A model generated the notes under the pieces. The model worked only from the letters and a program-made list of their open reading frames with translations, did not search any database and was not told where the DNA came from. From positions 6,572,001-6,636,000 of the forward strand of contig CM060734.1 of NCBI GenBank assembly GCA_030704615.1: a DNA stretch of 64,000 bases. Reading direction: 5' to 3'. Origin of the DNA: Takakia lepidozioides (taxonomy: Eukaryota > Plantae > Bryophyta). Below, piece by piece: positions 36,410 through 50,100 of the stretch (positions within the stretch are counted from its first letter, which is position 1; each line of letters begins with the position of its first letter). The position numbers were made by a program, and so were the translations under genes.

Positions 36410-37234
36410 CAACCAACGGGGAGAACCGGCAGCCAGTTACATGCTAGCCGAGTAATTTCCAGAATTTCCGAATGAAATATGAAACCTCAGGAAATGGAAC
36501 CGAGGGGAAAAATGGCCGAAGAGGAAATCAACCAGGTGCGCTGAGGTTTTAGGAAGGATATTTGCCTTTCCATTTCATTACAGACAGGAAATATGCCTTA
36601 GTTGGCAAGGCCTGGACAGATTCCGAACGTTCTTATATTACAAAAAATGGAAATGGCCGTTGAAGTCCGCCACATGGCAGAAATCCAACGTGCTATGCGG
36701 GGTTACATCCGAGGAAGGGCGTTTAGGTGAAAAAGTATTGAACTCAAGAGGGCGGGGCCCGTGGGCAAACCCTAGTCTGGACTCGGACTTCAGTTGCTCT
36801 CGCAGCCCCCAGCCCCATGCCTACTTGCACTCGCTGTCTGCTATCACAGCTCACCTGCCCACACAGGTTCAATTCTTGGCCTCCATTTGGTTTGAGGGCA
36901 TTGACAGGTCCAACTTCTATCAAGGATACAATGTTCTTCACTTGTTTGAATTGCTTAAAACTGGTTGTGATTATTTTTATTTTTATTTTTTTTACTATTG
37001 TTGTGCATTTGACACTTGTGTTGTCAACCGGTTGATATTTAAATGGCCGGATTTATAGCTGAACACAAAATAAATCATTAGGAATATTATCGGTTGTAAG
37101 AAAATTATCTAGGAAATTGACCGGGTATAGTTACCACTAGGGGGCAGCAACCGACTGCCCAACCCACTTAGTCGATTGCTGCTGGGAATGAGGGGCCACC
37201 GGCTGGTTCAACTCAAATTATTTCCCAGACGTTG
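36410..37234. mobile_element. 825-bp non-coding insertion with 8-bp TSD (hAT-like) splitting the chromodomain
   Basis: CACGAGAT at 36402-36409 and 37235-37242. Ends CAAC.../...GTTG with weak TIRs. Removing it restores EYLVKWKGY. Confidence 0.75.
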
Positions 37235-38620
37235 CACGAGATACTCTGTTTCTCGATTCTTGAACCTCCTCGACTTAAGCATTGCCTCCACCTCGTACTT
37301 TGGTTCATTTTCATGATCCAACAGCACAGGCGGCGAACACAACACTTGATGCCGATTCGGGCACGCTTCATCTTTGAAGTAAGGCTTCAAGAGCAAACGT
37401 GGAATACCGGATGCACCTTACTGTTTGCCGGCAGCTCCAGCTCATACACATCCTCATTCATAACCTTCTGGATGCGAAAAGGTCTCGCATACGGGGGTAC
37501 GAACTTCGGACTAACTTCCGGAGGTAGTCGAAAATTCTTGATGTTCAACCACACCTCCCTTCTAGCTTCAAACTTAACTTCCTGCCGGCTCCGGTTAGCT
37601 TTTCTTTCGTAGCGCTTCCTAGCCTTGGCAATGTTATACTTTGCGAGCTCCAACAAACGCTCGCGTTCTTCCAACACCGCCGTTGCCGCCGGCTCCTCAC
37701 CGTCTTGGGCGGCCCAACTTGTCGGCACCAAAGGTGCTTTAGACCAATACAAAAGGGGAAGCCCCCGTTGCGGAGTGTTTTGTGTTATTATAACAGAACT
37801 CAGCCGCATCCAAGTGCTCTACCCAGTCCAACTGCTCTGCCGACGCATAATTTCGCAAGAGTTGCACCATGGAATTCACCCTTTCTACTCATCTTTAGCC
37901 TCGTCCCCATCTTCTTCCAAAGTGCCCTCCAAAATTTACTTGTAAACTTTCGATTGCGGTCCGAGACAATATCCTTCGGGAGTCCATGATGCTTGAAGAC
38001 GTGGGCAAAGTAAAGTCGCTCCATCTCCTGCGCCGTTGCCATTTCCTTGGTGGGAAAGAAATGGCCCATTTTGCTGAACCTATCCACCACCACCATGATT
38101 GCATCGAATCCCTTTGATAGCAGCAAGGCCGTCATGAAATCCATCGAGACATTCTCCCAAGACCCCTTTGGAATTGGCAAAGGTTGTAATAGCCCCACTT
38201 GCTTTTTGTACTCACTCCAGTTTTGTTGGCATGTGGTGCATGTCTTGACATACTCCTTGGCCTCCTCCCTCAATTTGGGCCAGAAATACTCTTTCTTCAA
38301 GAGTACCGCGGTGCGCTTGGCCCCGTCGTGGCCCGCAAGCGGACCATCATGGCATTCTCTCAAGAGACTATCTCTGAGCCCTCCCTTCGGCACGTAGAGA
38401 CGCTTTTGCTTGTACCGGAGCAATCCTTTGTGCAAGTGGAACTGCAACTTAACCCCTAGCCTCAAGTCTCGCAATACCGACTTCGCTAACTCAACCTTCC
38501 AACAGGACTTCCGGATCTTCCTCTATAGCTCCGTTTCGCCTCTGTACACCAACATGAGCTGCTGCTTCCTACTTAGAGCATCGGCCACCACTGCATTGTC
38601 CCGTCCCGGTTTGTACTGAA

Positions 38621-38762
38621 GGGTGGACGCGTTGCCGAAAGGGCTACTGCCTTCCGGTAGGAAGATGGACACCTTTGTAATAACCAACAGGGTGGTTTGA
38701 ACCCACAACCACTCGTAAGAGGGTATCTGCCCTTACCACTGGGCTACATGTTGGTTGTTTAA
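38621..38762 (-). mobile_element. tRNA-derived SINE with 11-bp TSD
   Basis: TTTGTACTGAA at 38610-38620 and 38763-38773. A box TAGCCCAGTGG and B box GGTTCAAACC on the minus strand. Removing it restores FDVDIQYKPGRDNAVVADALSR. Confidence 0.85.
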
Positions 38763-39992
38763 TTTGTACTGAATATCCACGTCAAACAATGCCAAAGAGT
38801 CTTGCCACCTAATTTGTTTTGGGGACAACTTAGGCTGTGTGGCAAAATACTTCACCGTGACATTGTCCGTGAACACCTTCACCGGGTTGGAACCAACATA
38901 GTGGCGCCAAAGCTCACTTGGCAGTGCACCACTGCCTTCATTTTTTTTTTTTTCATAGGCCACCGTCGCTCCACTTCGTTTAGTTTCTTATTTTCGTAAG
39001 CCACTGGACGTCCCTCTTGCATTAGCACACCCCCCCAATCGCGAAGTCCGACGCATCTGTGTGAATCTCAAACGGACGGTCGAACTCCGGGATCTTCAAA
39101 ACTGGAGCTTCCACCATCCGCTGCTTCAACTCGGCAAAAGCTTGGCCACACCCATACTTTGGATTTACACAAGAGGTTTGACAGCAGCCCCGCAATCTTG
39201 GCGAAATTCCTCACATATTTTCGGTAGTAGGAGGCGAGTCCCAGAAAGGATCGCACTCCCGGGACCGAAGTCAGAGATTCCCAGTCCAAGATCGCCCTCA
39301 CATTTCTGTCATCCATTTTGATCCCATCCTGTGTAATCATATGCCCTAGGAACTCCACTTTTGTGACCCCGAATTTGCACTTTGAAGCTTTGGCATAGAG
39401 CTTCCCTTCTCGCAATTTCTCGAATACCCTTTTGAGGTGCTCCAAGTGGTCCTCCTTTGTTTTCGAGTACACCAAGATGTCATCGATGTACACGATCACA
39501 AAGTCATCTAATTACTCCTGGAAAAGGCTGTTCATCAACATGCGAAAGGTCGCCGGCGCGTTTGTGAGCCCAAAAGGCATCACCAAAAATTCGTACGAAC
39601 CATACCTTGTCCTGCACACTATCTCCTCCTCATCTCCTTCCGCTATCCGAATTTGGTGATAGCCTGAGTGCAAATCGATCCGGCTGAAATACTTCGCGTC
39701 TGCCAACCGATCGAAGAGGTCGTCAATTCTTGACAAATGATACCGGTTTTTTATAGTCACCCTGTTTAGAGCTGTGTAATCGACACACATTTGCAGCTTC
39801 CCATCCTTCTTGTCTGCAAATAGTACAGAGGCTCCATAAGGTGACTTACAAAATTTCAGTTAATTTAAATTTATTGGGTACGAAAACAAATGGCTAATTA
39901 TTAAATCATGTAAATGTACGTGCAGCCACGAGTCCTTGCCCAGGCGCAAACTCATTGCATCACGAGCATATGAGATGGGCCTTGCTTCCAAG

Positions 39993-40181
39993 AAAAAAAA
40001 AATATATATATATATGACGCCTTCCGAAGGGAGCGTAACTTATGGTGTCACTTGACCCCGAAGGGCTACTGCCTTCCAACAGGAAGGTGGACACCTTCAT
40101 GACACACCAGACGGTGGTTTGAACCTACAACCACATCCAACGTGGTATGTGCCCATTACCACTGGGCTACATGCTGGTTGT
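39993..40181 (-). mobile_element. tRNA-derived SINE, apparently full length, 13-bp TSD, (AT)n + T tail
   Basis: CCTTGCTTCCAAG at 39980-39992 and 40182-40194. A and B boxes as in the 38.7-kb copy. Confidence 0.88.
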
Positions 40182-40285
40182 CCTTGCTTCCAAGTTGGAG
40201 GTCCATCCTGTGCCGGATGTGACCGTGTTTTTCCCTCGAGAGGAGGTAGATAGAATCCGTGAGACGAAGGGCTATGGATAGGCGT

Positions 40286-40355
40286 ACATGTAGCCCAGTG
40301 GTAAGGGCATATACCCTCTTACGAGTTGTTGTGGGTTCAAACCACCCTGTTGGTA
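40286..40355 (+). mobile_element. Truncated third SINE copy (tRNA-like head only)
   Basis: catgtagcccagtggtaagggca...gtgggttcaaaccaccctgttggta, cut where the satellite begins. Confidence 0.8.
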
Positions 40356-43300
40356 GTATGTTCGGGACACCCTCTCACAGGTCCCCGACTAATACGAGAT
40401 TAATCGAAATTCATTCGATGGTTGCACAGATGGTTGCCCATCGAAATGATTTTGGTTCCCTTTGAGACTTGGCCAATATGTTCAATGTACCATCTAAGAG
40501 GTCCCAGAGTAATATGAGATGAAACGAAATTCGTTCAATGGGCCAACGGATGGTTTCCCATCCAAATGATTTTTGTTCGCTTCGAGACTTGGCCAGCATG
40601 TTCAACGTACCATCTGAGAGGTCCTGGAGCAATACGAGATCAATCGAAATTCGTTCAATGGGCCAATGAGGCGTTCACCTGTCATCCAGTTTTTGTTCAT
40701 TGCGAAAAAATGAATCTTGCAATGCGTGCACGGCTATTGCACACATTGAACGGATGTGGTTAAAGCCCGTCTTTTGCCAGCATGTGCTTCAACACATGTG
40801 CGGCACATGTGCAGAGACACAACAGAAGACAAAATCATTTGCCTCCCCCTCAACCCATTCGAGAATTTAATCGGATTTAAATGAATTTGAAGCCAATAAT
40901 TAGGTCAACGCTGTCTTTTCATTGGGGGTTTCTGCCACGTATCGATTTTATTTTTGGCTCAATTTTGTTCTGCGGCTTCAAACCTCCCACCGCTACATCC
41001 CTGCCAGAATTTAGACCAATAAAAAAAGGATCCGAGAGAAGAGTGTTGGACATCTTCGCTCACTATCTATGAAGAGTGCGTGAAGTAGAACACAAATCAA
41101 GTTTGGAGTGCAAAACAGGGAAGAAGTTGTGGTTCTCAGTCCAAATGAATTTTGTTTCCCTCCCGAATTCGGCACGCACGTTGCATATGGAATCATTACA
41201 CGTACGGTTCAGAAATAGAATGAATCACGAGCACGCGAAGCGCAGTCCAACAGGTCCCAGAGTAATAGCAGATCCAACGGATTTCATTCAACGGGTGAAC
41301 GGAACGGATGGTTGCCCATCCAAATCATTTTTGTTTGCTTTCAAACTTTGCCAGTATGTTCGGGACACCCTCTCACAGGTCCCCGACTAATACGAGATCA
41401 ATCGAAATTCATTCGATGGCTGCACGGATGGTTGCCCATCGAAATGATTTTGGTTCCCTTTGGACTTGGCCACTATGTTCAATGTACCATCTAAGAGGTC
41501 CCAGAGTAATACGAGATGAAACGAAATTCGTTCAATGGGCCAACGGATGGTTGCCCATCCAAATGATTTTCGTTCGCTTCGAGACTTGGCCAGCATGTTC
41601 AACGTACCATCTGAGAGGTCCCACAACAATACGAGATTAATCGAAATTCGTTCAATGGGCCAATGAGGCGTTCACCTGTCATCCAGTTTTTGTTCATTGC
41701 GAAAAAAAGAAATCTTGCAATGCGTGCACGGCTATTGCACCCATTGAACGGATGTGGTTAAAGCCCGTCTTTTGCCAGCATGTGCTTCAACACGTGTGCG
41801 GTACATGTGCAGAGACACAATAGAAGACAAAATCATTTGCCTCCCCCTCAACCCATTCGAGAATTTAATCGAATTTAAATGAATTTGAAGCCAGTAATTA
41901 TGTCAACGCCGTCTTTTCATTGGGGGTTTCTGCCACGTATCGATTTTATTTTTGGCTCAATTTTGTTCTGCGGCTTCAAACCTCCCACCGCTACATCCCT
42001 GCCAGAATTTGGACCAATAAAAAAAAGAATCCAAGAGAAGAGTGTTGGACATCTTCGCTCACTATTGCAGAACTCTCTATGAAGAGTGTGCGAAGTAGAA
42101 CACAAATCAAGTTTGGAGTGCAAAACAGGGAAGAAGTTGGGGTTCTCGGTCCAAATGAATTTTGTTTCCCTCCCGAATTCGGCACGCACGTTGCATATGG
42201 AGTCATTACACGTACGGTTCAGAAACCGAATGAATCATGAGCACGCGAAGCGCAGTCCAACAGGTCCCAGCGTAATAGCAGATCCAACGGAATTCATTCA
42301 ACGGATGAACGGAACGGATGGTTGCCCATCCAAATCATTTTTGTTTGCTTTCAAACTTTGCCAGTATGTTCGGGACACCCTCTCACAGGTCCCCGAGGAA
42401 TACGAGATCAATCGAATTTCATTCGATGGCTGCACGGATGGTTGCCCATCGAAATGATTTTGGTTCCCTTTGAGACTTGGCCAGTATGTTCAGTGTACCA
42501 TCTAAGAGGTCCCAGAGTAATACGAGATGAAACGAAATTCGTCCAATGGGCCAACGGATGGTTGCCCATCCAAATGATTTTCGTTTGCTTCGAGACTTGG
42601 CTAGCATGTTCAACGTACCAATCTGAGAGGTCCTGGAGCAATACGACATCAATCGAAATTCGTTCAATGGGCCAATGAGGCGTTCACCTGTCATCCAGTT
42701 TTTGTTCATTGTGAAAAAAAAAAGAAATTTCTGCAAATCGTGCACGGCTTGAATTGCCACCCATTGAATGGATGTGGTTAAAGCCCGTCTTTTGCCAGCA
42801 GGTGCTTCAACACGTGTGCGGCACATGTGCAGAGACACAACAGAAGACAAAATCATTTGCCTCCCCCTCAACCCATTCGAGAATTTAATCGAATTTAAAT
42901 GAATTTGAAGCCAGTAATTAGGTCAACGCTGTCTTTTTGTTGGGGGTTTCTGCCACGTATCGATTTTATTTTTGGCTCAATTTTGTTCTGCGGCTTCAAA
43001 CTTCCACCGCTACATTCCTGCCAGAAATTTGGACCAATAAAAAAAGGATCCGAGAGAAGAGTGTTGACATCTTCGCTCACTATCTATGAAGAGTGCGCGA
43101 AGTAGAACACGAATCAAGTTTGGAGTGCAAAACAGGGAAGAAGCTGTGGTTCTCGGTCCAAATGAATTTTGTTTCCCTCCCGAATTTGGCATGCACGTTG
43201 CATATGGAGTCATTACACGTACGGTTCAGAAACAGAATGAATCACGAGCACGCGAAGCGCAGTCCAACAGGTCCCAGAGTAATAGCAGATCCAACGGAAT

Positions 43301-45848
43301 TCATTCAACGGGTGAACGGAACGGATGGTTGCCCATCCAAATCATTTTTGTTTGCTTTCAAACTTTGCGAGTATGTTCGGGACACCATCTCACAGGTCCC
43401 CGAGGAATACGAGATCAATCGAATTTCATTCGATGGCTGCACGGATGGTTGCCCATCGAAATGATTTTGGTTCCATTTGAGACTTGGCCAGTATGTTCAA
43501 TGTACCATCTAAGAGGTCCCAGAGTAATACGAGATGAAACGAAATTCGTTCAATGGGCCAACGGATGGTTGCCCATCCAAATGATTTTCGTTCGCTTCGA
43601 GACTTGGCCAGCATGTTCAACGTACCATCTGAGAGGTCCCACAACAATACGAGATTAATCGAAATTCGTTCAATGGGCCAATGAGGCGTTCACCTGTCAT
43701 CCAGTTTTTGTTCATTGCGAAAAAAAGAAATCTTGCAATGCGTGCACGGCTATTGCACCCATTGAACGGATGTGGTTAAAGCCCGTCTTTTGCCAGCATG
43801 TGCTTCAACACGTGTGCGGTACATGTGCAGAGACACAATAGAAGACAAAATCATTTGCCTCCCCCTCAACCCATTCGAGAATTTAATCGAATTTAAATGA
43901 ATTTGAAGCCAGTAATTATGTCAACGCCGTCTTTTCATTGGGGGTTTCTGCCACGTATCCGATTTTATTTTTGGCTCAATTTTGTTCTGCGGCTTCAAAC
44001 CTCCCACCGCTACATCCCTGCCAGAATTTGGACCAATAAAAAAAACCTCCCACCGCTACATCCCTGCCAGAATTTGGGCAATAAAAAAAAGAATCCAAGA
44101 GAAGAGTGTTGGACATCTTCGCTCACTATTGCAGAACTCTCTATGAAGAGTGTGCGAAGTAGAACACAAATCAAGTTTGGAGTGCAAAACAGGGAAGAAA
44201 CTGTGGTTCTCGGTCCAAATGAATTTTTGTTTCCCTCCCGAGTTCGGCACGCACGTTGTATATGGAGTCATTACACATACGGTTCAGAAACAAAATGAAT
44301 CATGAGCACGCGAAGCGTAGTCCAACAGGTCCCAGAGTAATAGCAGATCCAACGGAATTCATTCAACGGGTGAACGGAACGGATGGTTGCCCATCCAAAT
44401 CATTTTTGTTTGCTTTCAAACTTTGCCAGTATGTTCGGGACACCCTCTCACAGGTCCCCGACTAATACGAGATCAATCGAAATTCATTATATGAGATGAA
44501 ACGAAATTCGTTCAATGGGCCAACGGATGGTTGCCCATCCAAATGATTTTCGTTCGCTTCGAGACTTGGCCAACATGTTCAACGTACCATCTGAGAGGTC
44601 CCAGAGCAATACGAGATCAATCGAAATTCGTTCAATGGGCCAATGAGGCGTTCACCTGTCATCCAATTTTTGTTCATTGCGCGAAAAAAAATTTTTTTTA
44701 ATGCGTGCACGGCTATTGCACCCATTGAACGGATGTGGTTAAAGCCCCTCTTTTGCTAGCATGTGCTTCCAACAGCACGTGAGCTGTTACATGTGCAGAG
44801 ACACAACGAGAAGACCAAAATCATTTGCCTTCGCCCCTCAACCCATTCGAGATTTAATCGAATTTAAATGAATTTGAAGCCAGTAATTAGGTCAACGCCG
44901 TCTTTTCATTGGGGGTTTCTGCCACGTATCGATTTTATTTTTGGCTCAATTTTGTTCTGTGGCTTAAAACCTCCCACCGCTACATCCCTGCCAGGATTTG
45001 GACCAATAAAAAAAGGATCCGAGAGAAGAGTGCTGGACATCTTCGCTCACTATCTATGAAGAGTGCGCGAAGTAGAACACCAATCAAGTTTGGAGTGCAA
45101 AACAGGGAAGAAGCTGTGGTTCTCGGTCCAAATGAAATTTTGTCTCCCTCCCGAGTTCGGCACGCATGTTGTATATGGAGTCATTACACATACGGTTCAG
45201 AAACAGAATGAATCATGAGCACGCGAAGCGTAGTCCAACAGGTCCCAGAGTAATAGCAGATCCAACGGAATTCATTCAACGGGTGAAGGGAACGGATGGT
45301 TGCCCATCCAAATCATTTTTGTTTGCTTTCAAACTTTGCCAGTATGTTCGGGACACCATCTCACAGGTCCCCGACTAATACGAGATCAATCGAAATTCAT
45401 TCGATGGCTGCACGGATGGTTGCCCATCGAAATGATTTTGGTTCCCTTTGAGACTTGGCCAGTATGTTCAATGTACCATGTAAGGGGTCCCAAAGTAATA
45501 TGAGATGAAACGAAAGACACAATCGTCACAGGCCAGGATGGTTGCCCATCCAAAATGATTTTCGTTCGCTTCGAGACTTGGCCAGCATGTTCAACGTACC
45601 ATCTGAGAGGTCCTGGAGCAATATGAGATCAATCGAAATTCGTTCAATGGGCCAATGAGGCGTTCACCTGTCATCCAGTTTTTGTTCATTGCGAAAAAAA
45701 GAATCTTGCAATGCGTGCACGGCTATTGCACCCATTGAACAGATGTGGTTAAAGCCCGTCTTTTGCCAGCATGTGCTTCAACACGTGTGCTGTACATGTG
45801 CAGAGACACAACAGAAGACAAAATCATTTGCCTCCCCCTCAACCCATC
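40356..45848. repeat. Satellite, ~1.0-kb unit, about 5.5 copies, each with ~120-bp internal subrepeats
   Basis: gtatgttcgggacacc recurs at about 40356, 41354, 42364, 43371, 44429 and 45342. The aggtcc subrepeat occurs at about 40379, 40498 and 40619. Confidence 0.97.
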
Positions 45849-45850
45849 GA

Positions 45851-46130
45851 ATGAATTTTCGATTGATCTGATATTAGTCCGGGACCTGTGAGAGGGTGTC
45901 TGGAACGTGCTGGCAAAGTTTGGAAGCTAACAAAAATGATTTGGTGGGGCCCTCCGTTCACCCGTTGAATGTATTTTGTTGGAGCGCTATTGCTTTGGGA
46001 CCTGTTGGACTGTGTTTCGCGTGCTCACGATTTGTTTTAATTCCGTTTTTGAATGGGGCGTGTAATGTAGCCATATGCAATGTGCGTGCCAAATTTGGGA
46101 GCGATCAAAATTCATTTGGACCCAAAACCA
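45851..46130 (-). repeat. Diverged inverted partial copy of the satellite monomer
   Basis: gattgatctgatattagtccgggacctgtgagagggtgtc...aaaaatgatttgg is the reverse complement of the unit. A forward fragment follows at about 46247-46319. Confidence 0.85.
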
Positions 46131-47189
46131 CATTGTGGTGTATGGGGAGTTTGAGAATGATGCCCTTGGAAAATGATCATGAGCTTCATGTTCATATTAG
46201 AAATCTGCACGATGGGCTACTAGCAAGTGAAGAATCACCCCCGTTTGAGAATTTAATCGAATTTGAATGAATTTGAAGCCAGTAATTAGGTCAACGCCGT
46301 CTTTTCATTGGGGGTTTCTACACCCCATTTTCAATCTCTACATTATGAAGTCTATGATGCCCTTGGTTGAACTTGAGCATGGGGATTGCATTCAAAGGTG
46401 GCCCAGTTTGTGTTCCGTTGCAACTTATGACACAACTAGGACAAACAGGCATAGGCATGATTTACACTTTTTGCCACAAATCACTTGCATCATCCTTACG
46501 TTAAACTCCTTGTTTATGTAACATGCTTGGACTTTGTCATCTCACACATCAAAGAAAAACCAGAATATTCGAAAAAAATCCATAGAATTTTAACAAGAGA
46601 CAAAAAAGGAAACCCAGGTCTAGGTGGGTGGCATGGTGAGTCTCTATACAAGGTGATTTATTTTAAATTGTAAGTGGTTTCAACAACTTCATTAGCAACT
46701 CCACAATATATTTAAATTCATATAAATTGAAATATATAAAATCAGTATTAGATAGAAATAGTTGTTTAATACTCATTTCATGACTATGAACTTACCCCAA
46801 TAAAATAATTAACCAGGGCCTTTGTACTTGTTATAATATATATAACGTTTTGCACCATAAAATATATATATAGCTAAAAATACCTTACACATAATTACAT
46901 GGACCATATAATTATTTTATATAATGTTAGGGTGCAAATGTTCAAAAACTTCAAAAGTTGGCTCGAATTTAGGGCTGCTAGGTTGCGGTGTGCAGGGCTG
47001 GGACTTAGTGTTTTTTGGGATCCGGTCTTCTTAGTGCCAAGCATCGTGATAGCAGGAACTCGAGGCCAATGTGGTTAGGGCACCTTCTTCTTCGACCTAT
47101 TCCTCTCATCAGACTCGGCCCTGAATTGCAGGCACAGAGCAGAGCTGGCATGAGTTTTTACCCTTCACGATGGTGGGACAACAACCATG

Positions 47190-50100
47190 ATTTTCCAAGG
47201 ATGCGAAGGGTGTGTTCGACAAAATGGCTGCCAAGATGTGGTGTCATGGAATGCAATGATCGCAGTGTGGTACGAAGGTTTTGGAGACATACGAGGAAAT
47301 GATGATGGACAGGTTGAACTCTAACGCAGGCTGTGTTTCAATCTCTGCCCGCTCAACTGCAAAATGGTGGTTCTCACTGACCAATCCGACATTACCAGAC
47401 TACAGACACAACCAGCACACACAAGAGGTCCTCTTGGGTTCATGGTCAGTCAAATCCTCCATGGATCATGACACAAGGTCGAGGACAAATGTGGGTGAGG
47501 GCGCACTTTCTTCTTCGACCTATTTCAGCCTGTTTTGCCCTCTCATCAGACTCCGCCCAAATTTGCAGCACGGAGCAGAGCTGGCATGAGTTTCTTCACG
47601 ATGGTGGGACAATCGCAATTGCAAGGTGTGGCTTTTTCTTAATGTAGGATGTAAAGAAGTTTGTCCATCCTACAAATGTGGGCTTTTGGCTCCTGTTAGT
47701 ACCATGCTTTGGTATTCTTCCTGATGTTTACAAGGTTCTTGGGAGAATCAGCTTGGTCTTAGCAGGCCATGTTTCAATCTCTGCTCACTCAGCTGCACCG
47801 TGGTGGTTCTCACGGACCAATCCGACATTACCTGACTGTATAGACACAAGCAGCACGCACCAGAGGTCTTTTTGGGTTGGTGATCGGTCATAACCTCCAT
47901 GGGTCATGACACAAGGTCAAGTCCACAATGTGGTGAGGGCACCTTCTTCTTCAACCTATTTCTGCCCCATTTGCCCTCTCATCAGACTCGTCCCTGAATG
48001 TTTAGTGATAAAGCCCTATTTTGTCTTTTGCTCTTTTAACTCTATAGTAAAATTATCATATGGAGGAGGGTCAGAGACAACTGAAGGAGCACGGATAGAG
48101 AGTGGGTCCAGATTCATCCAAGAGGGCCAGATTTCAAGCACTATGATTCCCTGTGGATCCATTGCTACGAGAAACCTGTATGGGTAGATGGTGAACTGGA
48201 AGCTGCAGCAGCAGCGGCACAATTGAGAAAATCAGGCACTGCTAATGAAGGCAACCTTCTTCAACACATTTCACCATGTTTTTCCCACTTATCAAAATCG
48301 GCCCTAAAATTTCCTGTTGAATTCTGCAACTTACTGGTTGAGTGAACCTTTGATAGTTTGCAATGCGTGTGCAGCCTGGCAGCTCTGGAGAACGGCAAAG
48401 AATGCACACCATATGGGGCACGGGATGGAGCCGCTTTTGGAGACCTATGAGCAAATGAATGGGGAAGGGTGAAGCCCGACCACATCAGGTTGTGTGTGCA
48501 TTTGCAGATGCACACCATAGGGGCACGGGATGGAGCCGCTTTTGGAGACCTATGAGCAAATGAATGGGGAAGGGTGAAGCCCGACCACATCAGGTTGTGT
48601 GTGCATTTGCAGTGAGTGTGCAAGCTTTGGCAGCCCTCTGAAAAGGGCAAAGAGGTGCATGGTTGCATCGCCAAAGCTGGAATTGTACCAGATGTGATTC
48701 CCTGATCAATAGCTACAAGAAACCTGCATGGGTAGACATGGCCAACCTAAAGGCTGCAGCTGCAGTGGCACAGTTGATAAAACTAGGCACCGCGAACCAT
48801 GACCACAGACCACCAGCTTCTGAAAGAGGATCAAGAGAGGGAGTCCACCAATGCCTCTTTCTGGCACTTCTGGGCATGTGAAGATGCTTTGCGGCAGGTA
48901 GACTAAACAGAGGCTCTACAAACTTTTAAAACCAATGAGGCATTTCGGCAGATTCACGTACGTATGTCTGTTTCTTGCTTAAGTGCAATCAAGATGGAAG
49001 GTTGGAAGCTGGAAAGCAGGTGCACACTTACATAATTCAAAGTTGATTCACGCCAAAATGTTTTTTCTATACTCAACACCATTGTCTCATGTATGTTAGG
49101 TGTGGGAGCATCATGGATGTTCCACCAAGTGTTTCAACAGAATGCCTCAATGATCTTTTTATCACGTGGAATTAATGTTGGCAGGAGTTACCAAGCATGG
49201 GTGTGGTAGGAATGCTCTGGAGACCTATGAGCAACTGCCTGCGCGAAGGGGTGAAGCCCAACCACATCACAATTGTTTTTGTAATGCATGTGCAAGCCTG
49301 GGAAGCTCTGGAAAAGGGGCAAAGAGGTCCATGTGACATCGTCAAATGTGGAATTTGTACCCGAAAGTCATTTCTGAACACTGCCTTGGTGGACTCATGT
49401 ATGCCAAAATGTGGTGCATCGAGGATGCAAAGGAAGTGTTTTGACAGTATGATGGCTAAACGAGATGTGGTGTCATGGGAGTGCGATGATTGCAGGATAT
49501 TCACAGCAAGGGCCGCGGATGGAGGCTTTTGGAGACCTATGAGCAATGATGCGGGAAGGGGTGATTCCCTGTGGTAAAATAGCTCCCAAGAAACCTGCAT
49601 GGGTAGATGGTCAACTGGAAGCCGCAGCACAGCAGGCACAATTGATAAAATCATCAGACAATGCTAGTCAAGGCACCTTCTTCAACACATTTTTCACTCT
49701 GTTTTTCCCCCTCTTATCAGAATCTCGCCCTAAATTTTCATGTTTCGAGAATTCTGCAAGTTAGCTGGTGAGTGAACCTTTGATAGTTTGGAGTGACTTT
49801 GACATGATACTACGCCAAAGTGACAACAGGAAAGTTATCCAGAAATAGTTAACAAAAGAGGAGAAGCTGTGGAATGAATACTTTTTCTGACCCCCAGTCA
49901 ATGGTGGGACAAAACCGTCTTGGAAGGTAAATGCCTTTGGATTACAGAGTGGTAGATGCAATTGAGAATAGGACTGGTGTGATAAGTTTTGAGTTGGGTT
50001 TGATATTTGGAAGTGACTTTGACAGGATCTGCCAAGTTAACAACAGTAAATTATCCAGAAATAGGTAACAAAGAGGAGTCAAGCCTGTGGAATTAATACT

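Larger units (their letters stand above)
35373..39850 (-). mobile_element. Chromovirus (Ty3) remnant: RT-RH-INT-chromodomain plus 3' LTR; gag/protease missing
   Basis: RT ([34 protein letters not shown]); RNase H (VFTDN...QIRW...DNAVVADALSR); integrase (CHDGPLAGH...CTTCQ, SMDF, VVVDRFSK, IVSDR); chromodomain YEVEAML...YLV/KWKGY...ATW. Confidence 0.95.

Noticed and set aside
40286-40355. Functional tRNA gene
   Set aside because: A/B boxes are present, but there is no convincing acceptor or anticodon stem, and sister copies have TSDs and tails.
40356-45848. 5S rDNA or CRISPR array (120-bp subunits)
   Set aside because: No resemblance to 5S rRNA and no unique spacers. The repeated ORFs here are by-products of the repeat.
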